Assembly (NCBI GenBank): GCA_902588975.1
Contig: CACIRJ010000001.1
Coordinates: 85,594 to 149,593, forward strand
Reading direction: 5' to 3'
Source of the DNA: an uncultured Pelagibacteraceae bacterium
GTDB lineage: Bacteria > Pseudomonadota > Alphaproteobacteria > Pelagibacterales > Pelagibacteraceae
DNA: 64,000 bases
Below, in pieces: positions 10,574 through 21,655 of the stretch; position 1 is the stretch's first letter, and every line of letters begins with the position of its first letter. Position numbers and translations under genes: made by a program. The notes under the pieces are model-generated. The model was not told the DNA's origin. It saw only the letters and a program-made list of their open reading frames with translations, and ran no database searches.

Positions 10574-13568
10574 TTAGTCTTTTGTTCTCCTTATCTAAAA
10601 AAATTGTGTCAGAAACGGTCACATTAATATTTTTGTTTTCCATTGGAATAATTAATTTTTGACCTTTCATTGTTTTACCACTTCTAACTACAGCCAAGGC
10701 AATTGATTTATTTAGGTTTGGACTAAAATAACTAGAAGTTACATGTCCCAGCATATCTATAGGCTTTGATTTAACATCTGAAATTATTTGAGAACCTTCT
10801 TCCAAAATTTCTTTTGGATCATCTGTTAGTAGTCCTACCAATTGCTTTCTATCTTCTCTAACAGTATCACTTCTATATAATGATCTTTTACCAATAAAAT
10901 CAAATTTCTTTTTACTTACAATCCAATCCATCTGTAGATCAGAGGGAGTCATTGTGCCATCTGTATCTTGTCCAACAATAATGAAACCTTTTTCAGCTCT
11001 AAGTAAGTGCATTGTTTCGGTACCATAAGGTGTCAAATTAAACTCTTTACCAGCTTCTATACACATTTTCCATAATGAATGTCCATATTTTGACTCTATG
11101 TTAATTTCATAGCTCTGTTCACCCGTAAAACTTATTCTCATTATTCTACAATTTATATTTTCAAGTTTATCTTCTTTAAATGACATATGAGGGAAGTTTT
11201 CATCACTTAAATCTAAATTTGGAAAAAGTTTGTTAAGAATTTTTTTTGAATTTGGACCACAAATACTTGCTGTAGAATAATGATCTGTCACTGATGTTAA
11301 ATAAACATCTAACTCTGGCCACTCCGTTTGTAAATAATCCTCAAGTTTGCTTAATACATTTGCAGCTCCCCCAGTGGTGGTTGTCATTAGGTAATGATTT
11401 TCAGATATTCTTGTAGTAACACCGTCGTCATAAACCATACCATCCTCGTTTAGCATAAGTCCGTATCTACATTTTCCGATTGCAAGTTTTGACCAAGCAT
11501 TTGTGTAAACTCGATTTAAAAATTCTGATGCATCTGTTCCTTGGATATCAATTTTTCCTAGAGTTGATGCATCTAAGATTCCCGCACTGTCACGTGCCGC
11601 TTTACTTTCTCTTTGAACAGCATCATGCATATTTTCACCATTTTTTGGATAGTACCAGGGTCTTTTCCACTGACCAACATTTTCAAATTCTGCATTATTT
11701 TCCACATGCCATTCATGCATGGATGTTTTTCTTACTACTTCAAAAAATTTTCCAACATTTCTCCCAACTAGTGTTCCGAAAGTTAATGGTGTGAATGGAG
11801 GCCTAAATGTTGTTGTTCCCAATGTACCCATTTTTACACCAGCTGTATCAGCTATAATCCCAAGTGCGTGCATATTAGATAACTTTCCCTGATCTGTTGC
11901 CATACCAGTCGTTGTATATCTTTTTACATGTTCAATTGATCTAAAACCTTCTTTTAAGGCTAATTTAATATCTTTTGCAGTTGAGTCATTTTGAAAATCT
12001 ATAAAGCATTTTGTCTTACCTAAAGGTATTTTATTTGGTAAAAGCCATATATTTCTTTTATCATTTTCTTTAGAGCAAATTATATTTGTATCCTGGTAAT
12101 CTTGATTATCTATATCTAAGAATTTATTAATTTTATTGACTGTTTTATCTATAATATTTTCTAAATCAAAATCTCCATTGCATGAACCAACAGAAATTTG
12201 ATCTTCACTATTTTCTTTTGGTAAGAATACTTGGTCTTCATCTCTAAAATCTAATTTACCTCCAGATTGAGTATGCATATGCACCATAGGTGTCCATCCA
12301 CCACTCATTCCTAAACAGTCACAACTTAATCTAATTTTATTGCCTACAGTTGTATTTCCATCTTCCGATAGTTTCATGATTTCTAATGAATTTATTTTTC
12401 TGTATCCAAAAGTATTTGTTACAACATGATTGAAGTAGATTTTTATTCCTAGACTTTCTGCTTGTTTGATTAATTCAGAACTAGCAGATTTTCTTAAATC
12501 AACAATTATATTCTTTATACCTTTTTTATGAAGTGAAATTGAAGTTTCGTATGCACTATCATTATTTGTAAATAATATTATATTTTCTCCACAGGTAACG
12601 CCGTAATAATCTAAATATTTGTTTATAGAATTAGATAATAATATTCCCGGTCTATCATTATTATTGAATACAAGTGGTCTTTCAATTGATCCAGTTGCAA
12701 TTACAACTTTTTTTGCTCTTATTTTCCATAATCGTTGTCTAATCTTATTTTTCTTTTTTTCCTCTGGTAAATGATCTGTTAAATTTTCTTTAGCTAAAAG
12801 AAAATTGTATCCATGATAAGCTGCAATACTTGTTCTTGTCTTAATTGTTAAATTACTCAATTTTTTAATTTCTTGAATTTCATTTTTTAACCATTCACTT
12901 GATAATTTATCATCAATCTTAATAGAATCATTGTTTTGATAAATTGTAGAACCACCTAGTATTTTTTTGTCATCTACTAATAAAGTTTTAAAATTATTTT
13001 TTGCAGCCATTTTTGCAGCAATAATACCTGAAACTCCACCACCGATTACCAATACATCGTAGTGAACATATTTGTGATCATAGATATCAGGATCTGGTTC
13101 TGTAGGAGATTTTCCCAAACCCGCAGATAATCGTATTAATGGTTCATATACTTTTTTCCAAAAACTCTTTGGCCACATAAATGTTTTATAATAAAAGCCT
13201 GCAGGAATTAACGGTGATATAAAATTATTAATACCTCCAATGTCAAATTTTACGTTAGGCCAGCAATTTTGAGAACTTGCTTCTAATCCTTCATACAATT
13301 CTAACTCAGTTGCTCTTACATTTGGTTCTGTTAGGTCTTTTTTACTACCAATTTGACAAATTGCATTAGGCTCTTCTGCTCCACAAGAAACTATACCCCT
13401 TGGTCTGTGATATTTAAAACTTCTACCGACTAAATGAATACCATTTGCCAAAAGTGCAGATGCCAAGGTATCACCCTCATATCCAAAGTAAGTCTTGCCA
13501 TCATATTTAAATGAAACTCTCTTAGTTTCATCAATATATTCGGTTTTATGAATTCTATAATTGGGCAT
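10566..13568 (-). CDS. soxA: Sarcosine oxidase subunit alpha
   Basis: GDTLASALLANG, RSFKYHRPRG, KRYTTTGM, GcvT-like C-terminal domain. Confidence 0.95.
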   Translation of the reverse strand: MPNYRIHKTEYIDETKRVSFKYDGKTYFGYEGDTLASALLANGIHLVGRSFKYHRPRGIVSCGAEEPNAICQIGSKKDLTEPNVRATELELYEGLEASSQNCWPNVKFDIGGINNFISPLIPAGFYYKTFMWPKSFWKKVYEPLIRLSAGLGKSPTEPDPDIYDHKYVHYDVLVIGGGVSGIIAAKMAAKNNFKTLLVDDKKILGGSTIYQNNDSIKIDDKLSSEWLKNEIQEIKKLSNLTIKTRTSIAAYHGYNFLLAKENLTDHLPEEKKKNKIRQRLWKIRAKKVVIATGSIERPLVFNNNDRPGILLSNSINKYLDYYGVTCGENIILFTNNDSAYETSISLHKKGIKNIIVDLRKSASSELIKQAESLGIKIYFNHVVTNTFGYRKINSLEIMKLSEDGNTTVGNKIRLSCDCLGMSGGWTPMVHMHTQSGGKLDFRDEDQVFLPKENSEDQISVGSCNGDFDLENIIDKTVNKINKFLDIDNQDYQDTNIICSKENDKRNIWLLPNKIPLGKTKCFIDFQNDSTAKDIKLALKEGFRSIEHVKRYTTTGMATDQGKLSNMHALGIIADTAGVKMGTLGTTTFRPPFTPLTFGTLVGRNVGKFFEVVRKTSMHEWHVENNAEFENVGQWKRPWYYPKNGENMHDAVQRESKAARDSAGILDASTLGKIDIQGTDASEFLNRVYTNAWSKLAIGKCRYGLMLNEDGMVYDDGVTTRISENHYLMTTTTGGAANVLSKLEDYLQTEWPELDVYLTSVTDHYSTASICGPNSKKILNKLFPNLDLSDENFPHMSFKEDKLENINCRIMRISFTGEQSYEINIESKYGHSLWKMCIEAGKEFNLTPYGTETMHLLRAEKGFIIVGQDTDGTMTPSDLQMDWIVSKKKFDFIGKRSLYRSDTVREDRKQLVGLLTDDPKEILEEGSQIISDVKSKPIDMLGHVTSSYFSPNLNKSIALAVVRSGKTMKGQKLIIPMENKNINVTVSDTIFLDKENKRLNA

Positions 13569-13849
13569 TACTTATAATTAACAGGAGGTTTTTCACCCAT
13601 TTTATAAACAGATAATATTTTATCATTCGATGTGTCTCTAACGACGTTGAACCATTTTCTGCAACCGTGAACATGATTCCATCTTTCAAATTGAATACCT
13701 TTAATATTTTTTCTCATAAATAGATATTCCGCCCATTCATCATCGCTAAGTTCAGTTGGTTGTTTTGGTCTAACTATATGAGCTTCGCCACCTGATGAAA
13801 ATTCGCTTTGATCTCTCTCTCCACAAAATGGACAATTAATTAAAAACAT
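13568..13849 (-). CDS. soxD: Sarcosine oxidase subunit delta
   Basis: CPFCGER..EF..GGEAH, W.HVHGCRKWFN.VRDT. Confidence 0.94.
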   Translation of the reverse strand: MFLINCPFCGERDQSEFSSGGEAHIVRPKQPTELSDDEWAEYLFMRKNIKGIQFERWNHVHGCRKWFNVVRDTSNDKILSVYKMGEKPPVNYK

Positions 13850-13851
13850 TA

Positions 13852-15105
13852 CTAATGTGCAACTGCTGCAGCACCATGTTCATCAACAAGATCACCGCTT
13901 ACAAATCTATTTAAATTAAATGCTGCATTTAATTTATGTGGCTCATCATTTGCGATTGTGTGAGCAAATAAATCTCCCGATCCTGGAGTAGCTTTAAAAC
14001 CACCGGTACCCCAACCACAATTAAAATATAAACCTTTTATATTAGTTTTACTTATAATAGGACTTGCATCTGGACATATATCAACAATTCCTCCCCATTG
14101 TCTTAACATTTTCATTCTACTAAAAATAGGGTAGAGCTCTAAAATAGCTTTTAAAGTTTCTTCTACAATATTATGACTACCTCTTTGTGTATATGAAACA
14201 TATGAATCTGTTCCTGCACCTATAACTAATTCGCCTTTATCCGATTGACTTACATAAGCATGAACCGCATTTGACATTACAACAGTATCAATAATTGGTT
14301 TTACTGGCTCTGAAACTAACGCTTGTAATGGTTTACTCTCAAGAGGAAGTTTTAATCCAGCCATATTTGCAATTACACTTGAGTGGCCTGCTGCAACAAC
14401 TCCAATTTTATTAGTTTTTATAAATCCTTTAGTGGTTTCTAATCCTTCAACTCTATCTCCATTTCTCTTTATTCCTTTAACTTCACAGTTTTGAATTATA
14501 TCAACACCCATTTCACTTGCGCCTCTTGCATAACCCCAAGCAACAGCATCATGCCTTGCAGTTCCTGCTCTTCTTTGTAACGTTCCACCCAAAACAGGGT
14601 ATCTGATATCAGGTGATGTATTTATAATTGGGCAAAATTTTTTAACTTCCTCAGTATTTAACCAAACAGCATCAATTCCGTTTAGTCTATTGGCATGTGT
14701 TCTTCTTTTTAAATCTCTTACATCTTGAAGATTGTGAGCTAAATTCATTACACCTCTTTGACTGAACATCACATTATAGTTTAGCTCTTGAGATAAATTT
14801 TCCCATAGTTTAAGCGCATGATCGTATAAACCAGCACTAGCATCCCATAAATAATTTGATCTAATGATTGTAGTGTTACGCCCTGTATTTCCACCACCAA
14901 TCCAACCTTTTTCTAAGACTGCAATATTTTTTAAATTATGTTTCTTTGCTAAATAATAAGCAGTAGCTAAACCGTGTCCACCACCACCCACAATAATAGC
15001 TTCGTATTCTTTTTTTGGCTCTGGATTTCCCCAAGCTTGTTGCCAATTCTCATGCTGTGATAAAGCATTTTTTATTAGAGAGAATACTGAATATTTGTTT
15101 TTCAT
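13852..15105 (-). CDS. soxB: Sarcosine oxidase subunit beta
   Basis: [45 protein letters not shown]. Confidence 0.96.
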   Translation of the reverse strand: MKNKYSVFSLIKNALSQHENWQQAWGNPEPKKEYEAIIVGGGGHGLATAYYLAKKHNLKNIAVLEKGWIGGGNTGRNTTIIRSNYLWDASAGLYDHALKLWENLSQELNYNVMFSQRGVMNLAHNLQDVRDLKRRTHANRLNGIDAVWLNTEEVKKFCPIINTSPDIRYPVLGGTLQRRAGTARHDAVAWGYARGASEMGVDIIQNCEVKGIKRNGDRVEGLETTKGFIKTNKIGVVAAGHSSVIANMAGLKLPLESKPLQALVSEPVKPIIDTVVMSNAVHAYVSQSDKGELVIGAGTDSYVSYTQRGSHNIVEETLKAILELYPIFSRMKMLRQWGGIVDICPDASPIISKTNIKGLYFNCGWGTGGFKATPGSGDLFAHTIANDEPHKLNAAFNLNRFVSGDLVDEHGAAAVAH

Positions 15106-15114
15106 ATTTTGGAG

Positions 15115-15160
15115 AAATTACTTGAATATGATTGAATATTCAATGATTTCAAGTTACACA
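15115..15160. promoter_or_regulatory. Palindromic divergent promoter/operator between soxB and tRNA-Ser
   Basis: Perfect 14-bp palindrome ATTGAATATTCAAT (15131-15144) inside CTTGAA...TTCAAG; gives TTGAAT-17-TAATTT (minus) and TTGAAT-17-TACACA (plus). Confidence 0.5.
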
Positions 15161-15169
15161 TATTATCGT

Positions 15170-15264
15170 GGAAGGATGGGTGAGCTGGTTTAAACCAGCG
15201 GTTTGCTAAACCGCCGTACGCTTGAAAAGGTGTACCGAGGGTTCGAATCCCTCTCCTTCCGCCA
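15170..15264 (+). tRNA. tRNA-Ser(GCT)
   Basis: GGAAGGA/TCCTTCC acceptor stem, GCGGT-TTGCTAA-ACCGC anticodon arm, long variable arm, GTTCGAATC, encoded CCA. Confidence 0.97.
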
Positions 15265-17466
15265 CTAATAGAGCGGATTATTTCTAAAAAAATCTTTTAA
15301 AAATATTGGTTTTTGAGACAAAATGTATCTATAAACATTGTAATTCTCCATAACCCTCTGAACATAGTTTCTGGTCTCTTTAAACTTAATAAGTTCTACC
15401 CAATCAACATAATCGATTTGTTTCTTTTGAGGATCTTTATTTATTTTTTTCCAATACTTCACTCTTTTTGGTCCTGCATTATATGCTGCTACAGCGAAAG
15501 GGTAGGATCCATCATAATCAAGAATTAAACCTGCAATATAAAAAGATCCCAAATTTATATTATACTCAGGACTTGTTGTTAAACGAGATTTTGAATAAGA
15601 AACTTTTGCCTGCTTAGCAACTGTCTTTGCAGTATAAGGCATCAACTGCATTAAGCCTTGTGCTCCAACTCTACTTCTTGCAGATATATCAAACTCACTT
15701 TCTTGTCTTATAATAGATAATATTAAAGCTTGTTCTGGTATTTTTCTTGATCCAACTTTATTCGGAGTGCTTATTACTGGATAATTATATTTGTTATGAA
15801 ACCTTTTTTGATAAGATGCTATTTTAGAAACCTGAATAGCAAAATCAAATCTAGAGATGTCAGTTGCTAGTTTTGCTGCCAATATTTCACTCCCTGCTGA
15901 AACATTGTCATTTGCTAGAAATCTTAAAATATGTTTTGTATATTTATCTTTTTTTACTTCATCTAATAAATGTACTATTGCGACTAATTTATTTTTGTAA
16001 AAACTTTCAGCATAATTTTTATCAACTCGAGTACTTTCTTTAAGTTCAAAAGTTTTATTTGGATATATTTTCATATGAGATAATTGACCATAATAGGTTG
16101 TTAAATATTTTGAACCTTCTTTAAACCATTTATCTGCTTCCTCCTTGTTATTTAGTGCTAAATTCGCTTTTCCAAGCCAATAAGCACCTCTAGATAAACT
16201 AATTGGATATCCAACATTATTATAAAATTTAGTAAAATGACTTTTTGCTAAAATTGGGTCTTTTAAGAAACTTAAAGCAATCCAACCACTCATCCATTCA
16301 GCTTCAGCTAATTCGGCACCCTCTGATAGACCATGTTTACTTGTAATTTTATAAGCTTGCTCATATCTTTTCTTATAAATAAGTGATCTCGCAATAATCG
16401 ATCTTTCAACCCACCATTTATCTGGGCGAACCATATAGTCTTTATTATTTTTGATACTTAGTAAAATTTCTAAAGAACTATCAACTCTTCCTCTTTTCCT
16501 TCTCCATTTGAGTCTATCATAATTTAAACCTGCATCCTTTTTTAAACTTGCAGGTACATTCGATATAGCGCTATCAACACCATAAGATCTGCTCATTAAC
16601 AATTGCCTTGCTGTATATAAAAGTTGATAATCTTTAGGTAGATATCTTAACATTCTTTTAAGGTCCCAATATTTATTCTCCCAAGCTAAATAATCAGCTC
16701 TTTTAATATAATCACTACTGTTCAAATATTTTTTAAATTTCTTTCTAAAAAAAATAAGATCATTTTTACTTAAATCAGCTGTAATAAATCCTTCTTTTAT
16801 TAAATTTATAGCTGTCTCTTTATTTTTTGATAACAAAGCATCGCCTAGCATCATTTTTCCAAATCCACTTAAAGGAGGGTGTTTATCGAACCACTGTATA
16901 ATTTCATTTTTAGTATGATTTTTAGAATTTATTTTATGCTCTCCTAAGTAACGAACTCTATCTATCCTTGGATAATCTTTTACTCTTTCGATAAACTGTT
17001 TATATTCTGTAAAAGTAGCCCTGTTACCAGTTGTAAGTAGATGTCTCCATTGAATAAAATCAAAAATAGATTTTGCTCTTGCTTTACTTGCAACTTTTTT
17101 CGCATCCTTCCAATTACTTTTCTCCATAAATGAAATAGCTTGTTTTGCATATTTCAAATCTCTATCGCTATAAAATTTTTGTTTTTTTATCTTTCTTAAT
17201 TTTTCTTTAACTATTAGAGGCTTATTTTTTGGAATTATTACACCTTCAATTTTCTTAAATATCTCCGTGGTGGTAATTTTTATTTCCTTTTGAATTTCAT
17301 CTTCTTTTTCAGATGGTTTTGGTAGTGGAATGATTTCAGCTATTTTTTTTGTTGTATTTTTTTCATTTAAATCTGGTTTTTTAATAGGAAGTATAGTTTC
17401 ATTTGAAAAAGCAGATTGAAACGATAAGAAAAAAAGTATAATTGTTGTTAATAATTTTAAATACAT
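15265..17466 (-). CDS. slt: Soluble lytic murein transglycosylase (Slt70-like)
   Basis: Signal peptide; IIRQESEF, GAQGLMQLMP, AAYNAGP, ETRNYVQRV. Confidence 0.92.
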   Translation of the reverse strand: MYLKLLTTIILFFLSFQSAFSNETILPIKKPDLNEKNTTKKIAEIIPLPKPSEKEDEIQKEIKITTTEIFKKIEGVIIPKNKPLIVKEKLRKIKKQKFYSDRDLKYAKQAISFMEKSNWKDAKKVASKARAKSIFDFIQWRHLLTTGNRATFTEYKQFIERVKDYPRIDRVRYLGEHKINSKNHTKNEIIQWFDKHPPLSGFGKMMLGDALLSKNKETAINLIKEGFITADLSKNDLIFFRKKFKKYLNSSDYIKRADYLAWENKYWDLKRMLRYLPKDYQLLYTARQLLMSRSYGVDSAISNVPASLKKDAGLNYDRLKWRRKRGRVDSSLEILLSIKNNKDYMVRPDKWWVERSIIARSLIYKKRYEQAYKITSKHGLSEGAELAEAEWMSGWIALSFLKDPILAKSHFTKFYNNVGYPISLSRGAYWLGKANLALNNKEEADKWFKEGSKYLTTYYGQLSHMKIYPNKTFELKESTRVDKNYAESFYKNKLVAIVHLLDEVKKDKYTKHILRFLANDNVSAGSEILAAKLATDISRFDFAIQVSKIASYQKRFHNKYNYPVISTPNKVGSRKIPEQALILSIIRQESEFDISARSRVGAQGLMQLMPYTAKTVAKQAKVSYSKSRLTTSPEYNINLGSFYIAGLILDYDGSYPFAVAAYNAGPKRVKYWKKINKDPQKKQIDYVDWVELIKFKETRNYVQRVMENYNVYRYILSQKPIFLKDFFRNNPLY

Positions 17467-17501
17467 TTTATTAAATCAAACAACTTATGTTATAAATAAT
17501 T

Positions 17502-18389
17502 ATGTTTAAAGGATCAAATGTTGCATTAATTACACCATTTAAAGATAACAAGCTTGACGAAGAAAGTTATATAAAAATAATAAATCATCATCTGGAAAAT
17601 GGAACAAATGGGTTAGTTCCAGTTGGAACAACAGGTGAGTCACCAACATTATCACATGATGAACATGAGAGAACAATTGAATTGTGTATAAAAGAAGCAA
17701 CCGGTAAACTTCCCATAATAGCCGGCACAGGATCTAATTCTACAGAAGAAGCCGTATCATTAACTAAACACGCTGAAAAAGCTGGTGCGGATGGTGCTTT
17801 AGTTGTTACACCATATTATAATAAACCCACTCAAGAAGGATTATATCAACATTATAAATCAATCAATGATAACTGTGGAATTCCAATTATAATTTATAAT
17901 ATTCCAAGCCGTTCAGTAATCGATATGAGCGTTGAAACAATGGCTAGATTATATGAACTAAAAAATATAGTTGGAGTTAAAGATGCAACAGGTGATCTAA
18001 ATCGTGTTGATCAACAAAAAGAAAAAATGGGTAATGATTTCATTCAACTTACTGGAAACGATGATAATGCTTTTGAATTTAATAAACGTGGAGGCGTTGG
18101 AACAATTAGTGTTACAGCAAACGTAGCTCCTAAATTATGTTCTGAATTTCAAAAATTATCAAAATCTTCAAATGAGGATGATTTAAAAAAGGCTCAACAA
18201 CTTGATGATATGTTGCAACCGTTGCATAAAAATTTATTTATAGAAAGCAATCCTTCACCAGTTAAGTATGCTGCTAAATTACTTGGTCTATGCGATGATA
18301 CTGTAAGATTACCTTTGGTAAAAATAACTGAAAATACAAAAAAGGAAGTCGAGAAAGCATTAAAAGTAGCAAAACTTATTGATGAGTGA
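17502..18389 (+). CDS. dapA: 4-hydroxy-tetrahydrodipicolinate synthase
   Basis: [28 protein letters not shown]. Confidence 0.97.
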   Translation: MFKGSNVALITPFKDNKLDEESYIKIINHHLENGTNGLVPVGTTGESPTLSHDEHERTIELCIKEATGKLPIIAGTGSNSTEEAVSLTKHAEKAGADGALVVTPYYNKPTQEGLYQHYKSINDNCGIPIIIYNIPSRSVIDMSVETMARLYELKNIVGVKDATGDLNRVDQQKEKMGNDFIQLTGNDDNAFEFNKRGGVGTISVTANVAPKLCSEFQKLSKSSNEDDLKKAQQLDDMLQPLHKNLFIESNPSPVKYAAKLLGLCDDTVRLPLVKITENTKKEVEKALKVAKLIDE

Positions 18390-18852
18390 TAAATCTACAT
18401 CTGGCATCAAGATCATTACAATAAATCGAAAAGCATCTTTTAATTTTTTCTTTAAGGAAATTTTAGAAGCAGGAATTGTACTAAAAGGGTCTGAAATAAA
18501 ATCTGTAAGAGATGGAAAAGTAAATATTGCAGAGTCATACGCAGTAGAAAAAGAAGGAGAAATTTTTTTAATTAATTCACATATACCCATATATAAACAA
18601 GCTAGTTATTCAAATCACAATCCTTACTCAGAAAGAAAATTGTTATTTAACAAAAGGGAAATTAACAAACTAATTGGTAAAATGAACGAGGATGGTTTAA
18701 CTTTAGTTCCAACTAAAATGTATTTTAAAAAAGGTAAAGCTAAAGTTGAAATAGCAGTTGCAAAGGGCAAAAAACAATACGATAAGCGACAAACCAAAAA
18801 AACTAAAGATTGGAACCGTGAAAAAGCGAGATATTTCAGACGCTCAAGTTAA
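18382..18852 (+). CDS. smpB: SsrA-binding protein
   Basis: [29 protein letters not shown]. Confidence 0.96.
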   Translation: MSDKSTSGIKIITINRKASFNFFFKEILEAGIVLKGSEIKSVRDGKVNIAESYAVEKEGEIFLINSHIPIYKQASYSNHNPYSERKLLFNKREINKLIGKMNEDGLTLVPTKMYFKKGKAKVEIAVAKGKKQYDKRQTKKTKDWNREKARYFRRSS

Positions 18853-19345
18853 AAATGTATATCTATCAATAGGCTCTAATTTAGGAAATAGAATACATTT
18901 TTTAGAAAAATCTAAATATCTATTGGAAACCTATGATATTAAAATTGTCAAAACATCTAGTTATTATGAGACTGAGTCATGGCCAGATCCTAGTTTTCCA
19001 AAATTTATTAATGCTGTATTAATGATAAAAACAAAATTAAATCAATTTGAACTATTTGAAATAATTAAGTCTATAGAAAAAAAATTAGGCAGAAAAATAG
19101 CTCCTAAAAATCATCCAAGGAATTGTGATATTGATATATTAGATTTTAATGGAAAGATTACTAAATCAAATAAAAAATTGATCAATTTAGAGATCCCGCA
19201 TCCAAGAATGCATAATAGAAACTTTGTACTTATGCCACTGTTTGAAATATGCAAAAATTGGTCTCACCCAAAATTAAAAAAAAATATAGTAAAACTCTTA
19301 TCTTCTTTAAAAAAAAATAATTTAAGAAGTATTAAAGTTATCTAA
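18818..19345 (+). CDS. folK: 2-amino-4-hydroxy-6-hydroxymethyldihydropteridine diphosphokinase
   Basis: [31 protein letters not shown]; GTG at 18818 preferred, start uncertain. Confidence 0.93.
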   Translation: MKKRDISDAQVKNVYLSIGSNLGNRIHFLEKSKYLLETYDIKIVKTSSYYETESWPDPSFPKFINAVLMIKTKLNQFELFEIIKSIEKKLGRKIAPKNHPRNCDIDILDFNGKITKSNKKLINLEIPHPRMHNRNFVLMPLFEICKNWSHPKLKKNIVKLLSSLKKNNLRSIKVI

Positions 19346-19365
19346 ATAAGTGATATAATAAATTG

Positions 19366-21108
19366 ATGCTAAATTCTGACGAATTAATAAATAAGGTTAA
19401 ATCATACAATAAATTTCTTAACCCAGAAACTCTAAGCAAAGCATATGATTTTGCAGTGAAAGTTCATAAAGATCAAAAACGACAATCGGGAGATCCCTAT
19501 GTCATTCATCCTGTTGCTGTTGCAAATATTTTAACCGAACTTAAGTTAGATAGTGCAACGATAGCAACTGGTTTACTTCACGATACCATAGAAGATACTT
19601 ATGCAACTTATAAAACTATAGAAGAACAATTTGGAAAAGAAGTTGCTGATTTAGTTGATGGAGTTACAAAAATTTCAGTTTTTGAAAACCAAGCTATTTC
19701 TAATTCAAAAGCTGAAAATTTTAGAAAACTCATCTTGGCAACTTCTAAAGATATTAGAGTCCTTCTTGTTAAACTTGCAGATCGTTTGCATAATATGCGA
19801 ACCTTAAAGGCTATTGATAAAGAGGAAAAAAGAAAAAGAATTGCAAAAGAAACTATGGAAATTTATGCTCCTCTAGCTGATAGAATGGGGATGAATAGAA
19901 TAAGAGATGAACTTGAAGATCTTTCTTTCGATATTTTAAATCCTGAAGCAAGAAAAATGATCAAAGATAGATTAGACACAATAAAAGATAATAATTTGAT
20001 TAATTATAATTCAGTTCTTAGTGAATTTGAAAATCTATTAAATGTAAATAATATTGATTTTAAAATTTATTCGAGAGAAAAAACACCTTTTTCTATTTGG
20101 AGAAAAATACAAAAAAAAAGAACCTCACTAGAGCAAATTACAGACATAATTGGTTTTAGAATAATTTTAGACAATGTTGAAAATTGTTACAAAACCTTAG
20201 GCGTAATTCATAATAAATGGAATTGCATACCTGGTAGATTTAAAGATTACATTTCATCTCCAAAAATAAATAATTATAAATCTCTTCATACAGCAGTGAT
20301 TGGTCCAAATAAAAGACCTATTGAAATACAACTAAGAACACAACAAATGCATGAATTTGCGCAAAGAGGTATAGCTTCTCATTGGAAATATAAATCGTCA
20401 GAAAAGTTTAACTCTTTAACTTGGAAGGAATATGATTGGTTAGCAGATCTAGTAGAAATTATTGATAAAAATGAAAATCCTGAACATTATTTTGAGTATA
20501 CAAAACTGCAAATGTTTCAAGAAAATGTTTTTTGTTTCACACCAAAAGGCTCAGTTATAAAATTACCCAAAGAAGCAAGTCCAATAGATTTTGCTTATGC
20601 TGTTCACACTAAAGTAGGTGATACTGCAATTGGATGTGAAATAAATGGAAAGGAAAGTCCCCTACAATCAATATTGCGAAATGGAGATGTAGTTAAAATA
20701 TTAACATCAAAAAAAGATTCACCTTCTTTGCATTGGATAACAAGTGCTAAAACTGGTAAAGCTAGAGCTGCTATAAGAAGATACTGGCAATACAAAGAAG
20801 ACAGCAAGCCTACTGAAAAAAAATATAACACTACACTTTGGATGTCTTTACCTGATAGACCTGGAATATTAGGTGATGTTACAACAATGATTGGAACCAA
20901 TAATGTAAATATTTCAAGTGTTGAAATGGTGGAAAAGACTAAAAGAACCATCAATTTTAGATTCAACCTAATTATTCAAGATTTGAAAAACTTTACAAAA
21001 CTTATTAGTGAGCTAAAACAGAAAGAATATAACTTCAAAATAATTAGACATAAAAACAAAAAATATGCTTTCTTTAAAAGATTCTTTAGCGGTTTTAAAA
21101 AAAACTAA
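19366..21108 (+). CDS. spoT: Bifunctional (p)ppGpp synthetase/hydrolase, compact Rel/SpoT
   Basis: H..Q.R.SG.PY..HP, LLHDTIED, KLADRLHNMRT, YKSLHT, EIQLRT, TGS (DFAYAVHT), ACT (DRPGIL). Confidence 0.94.
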   Translation: MLNSDELINKVKSYNKFLNPETLSKAYDFAVKVHKDQKRQSGDPYVIHPVAVANILTELKLDSATIATGLLHDTIEDTYATYKTIEEQFGKEVADLVDGVTKISVFENQAISNSKAENFRKLILATSKDIRVLLVKLADRLHNMRTLKAIDKEEKRKRIAKETMEIYAPLADRMGMNRIRDELEDLSFDILNPEARKMIKDRLDTIKDNNLINYNSVLSEFENLLNVNNIDFKIYSREKTPFSIWRKIQKKRTSLEQITDIIGFRIILDNVENCYKTLGVIHNKWNCIPGRFKDYISSPKINNYKSLHTAVIGPNKRPIEIQLRTQQMHEFAQRGIASHWKYKSSEKFNSLTWKEYDWLADLVEIIDKNENPEHYFEYTKLQMFQENVFCFTPKGSVIKLPKEASPIDFAYAVHTKVGDTAIGCEINGKESPLQSILRNGDVVKILTSKKDSPSLHWITSAKTGKARAAIRRYWQYKEDSKPTEKKYNTTLWMSLPDRPGILGDVTTMIGTNNVNISSVEMVEKTKRTINFRFNLIIQDLKNFTKLISELKQKEYNFKIIRHKNKKYAFFKRFFSGFKKN

Positions 21109-21655
21109 GGCACTTTTAGAAGGACATTTTGTTTTATCATCAGGTTTACATTCACCCCAGTATGTTCAGTGTGCTAAATTATTAAGTTATCCAAAAAAAT
21201 CAGAAGAGTTTTGTAAATCCTTAAGCACTAAAATAAAAAAAAAATTCAAAAAAATTGATATAATTTTGTCACCAGCTATGGGTGGTATTGTAATAGGTTA
21301 TATTGTTGGAAATTTATTGAATAAGGAAACAATATTTTGTGAGAGAGTTAATGGGAAATTTATTTTAAGAAGAGGTTTTTCAATTAAAAAAAATTCTAAA
21401 GTTTTGATAGTAGAAGACGTAATTACTACAGGTAAGTCAAGTTTAGAATGTGCTCAACTTGTAAAAAAATATAAATCAAAAGTAGTTGGATATGCGTGTT
21501 TAATTAATAGATCCAGTAAACCAAGTTTAAAAATTAAAGATAAAAATATTGTTTCGCAAATTAAATTAGAAATACCAACTTATAAAAAAAATGATTTACC
21601 AATTGAGTTAAAAAAAATTCCAATTACAAAACCTGGAAGTAGATATTTAAAATGA
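21065..21655 (+). CDS. pyrE: Orotate phosphoribosyltransferase
   Basis: GHFVLSSGLHS, VEDVITTGKS. Confidence 0.94.
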   Translation: MLSLKDSLAVLKKTKALLEGHFVLSSGLHSPQYVQCAKLLSYPKKSEEFCKSLSTKIKKKFKKIDIILSPAMGGIVIGYIVGNLLNKETIFCERVNGKFILRRGFSIKKNSKVLIVEDVITTGKSSLECAQLVKKYKSKVVGYACLINRSSKPSLKIKDKNIVSQIKLEIPTYKKNDLPIELKKIPITKPGSRYLK

